A stretch of 64,000 nucleotides of DNA from Oopsacas minuta (taxonomy: Eukaryota > Animalia > Porifera), in assembly GCA_024704765.1 (NCBI GenBank), contig JAKMXF010000029.1, positions 11,651-75,650 on the forward strand. The letters are read 5' to 3'. Under the pieces are notes generated by a model, which saw nothing but the letters and a program-made list of their open reading frames with translations, had not been told where the DNA came from and did no database searches. Positions 63,317 to 64,000 of the stretch are shown here, piece by piece. The translations under genes and the position numbers were made by a program. Position 1 is the stretch's first letter. Each line of letters starts with the position of its first letter.

Positions 63317-64000
63317 AGATGTTATAGATATAAATTGGAATTTGTTCTTCCAATAAAAATACCACTCAGAAAGGCACCTCTTGTATAACATGCATTGTGT
63401 TCGGCACTTATGCCTCGAATTAAATAAAGCATAAAAATAGCAAAACGAACAAATAGTTGAAATCTCGAATTATACTCTGAGATTAGTTCTCAACAGACAT
63501 ATGGGGTAATCAAGCATGCTCAATCCTAATTTCACATTTTCAAGTTTCTCATATATAATTTTATTGTTGTTTTTATGAATATAAAGTAAATAAATAGTTG
63601 AAATCCTAAAAGATACGTTTAGGGCAGATTAATTTAATTATCAGATTAGCGTACGGTCTAATGGAAATCTGATCTCGGGCATAATATTTTCATTACTTCA
63701 TGTAACAATTACAACACCTGCTATCTATCTAATTAGTTGTAATTAATTGGTAAAGGTGTATCTGCAATCTAATAATTAGGAAGTGTTGAATTTAATGTAA
63801 ATCAACGAATCCCAACATACAATCAATATTAATGATATAATTTTACGTACGTAATACAGATTTAGTTCAAATAAATTCATCTGTTCTACATTACACAGGT
63901 CAGATGTTATAGATATAAATTGGAATTTGTTCTTCCAATAAAAATACCACTCAGAAAGGCACCTCTTGTATAACATGCATTGTGTTCGGCACTTATGCCT
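63317..64000 (+). repeat. Identical direct repeat of at least 99 bp (63317-63415 = 63902-64000), 585 bp apart; second copy runs off the window
   Basis: agatgttatagatataaattgg...ttcggcacttatgcct is present twice without mismatch. Confidence 0.9.

Overview
AT-rich eukaryotic (animal) genomic DNA with GT-AG introns and many DNA-transposon remnants. There are no prokaryotic features. The gene style suggests an early-branching animal such as a glass sponge, but that is an inference I could not verify. Conserved genes: a 3-exon ubiquitin-like + RBR-type E3 ligase gene (399-5485, +); intronless TEX261/SVP26 (33116-33745, -); a ~16-exon MAN1/LEMD3-like inner nuclear membrane gene rebuilt by hand from small exons (37670-53739, -); the last two exons of a DSTYK kinase (56027-59160, -); and intronless UBXN11 (60051-61613, -), apparently nested in a DSTYK intron. 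Between 10 and 30.5 kb lies a cluster of intronless lineage-specific 7TM (GPCR-like) genes: four intact, one pseudogene and one inverted 5' fragment. The three closest paralogues share nucleotide-identical intracellular-facing blocks of 125 and 161 bp, while their predicted extracellular loops are highly divergent. This is the most striking signal in the window. Mobile elements include a near-intact DD34D mariner nested in a foldback MITE nested in a Helitron-like repeat, a full-length decayed hAT with an 8-bp TSD and a paralogous empty site, a Helitron Rep relic, and many MITEs.
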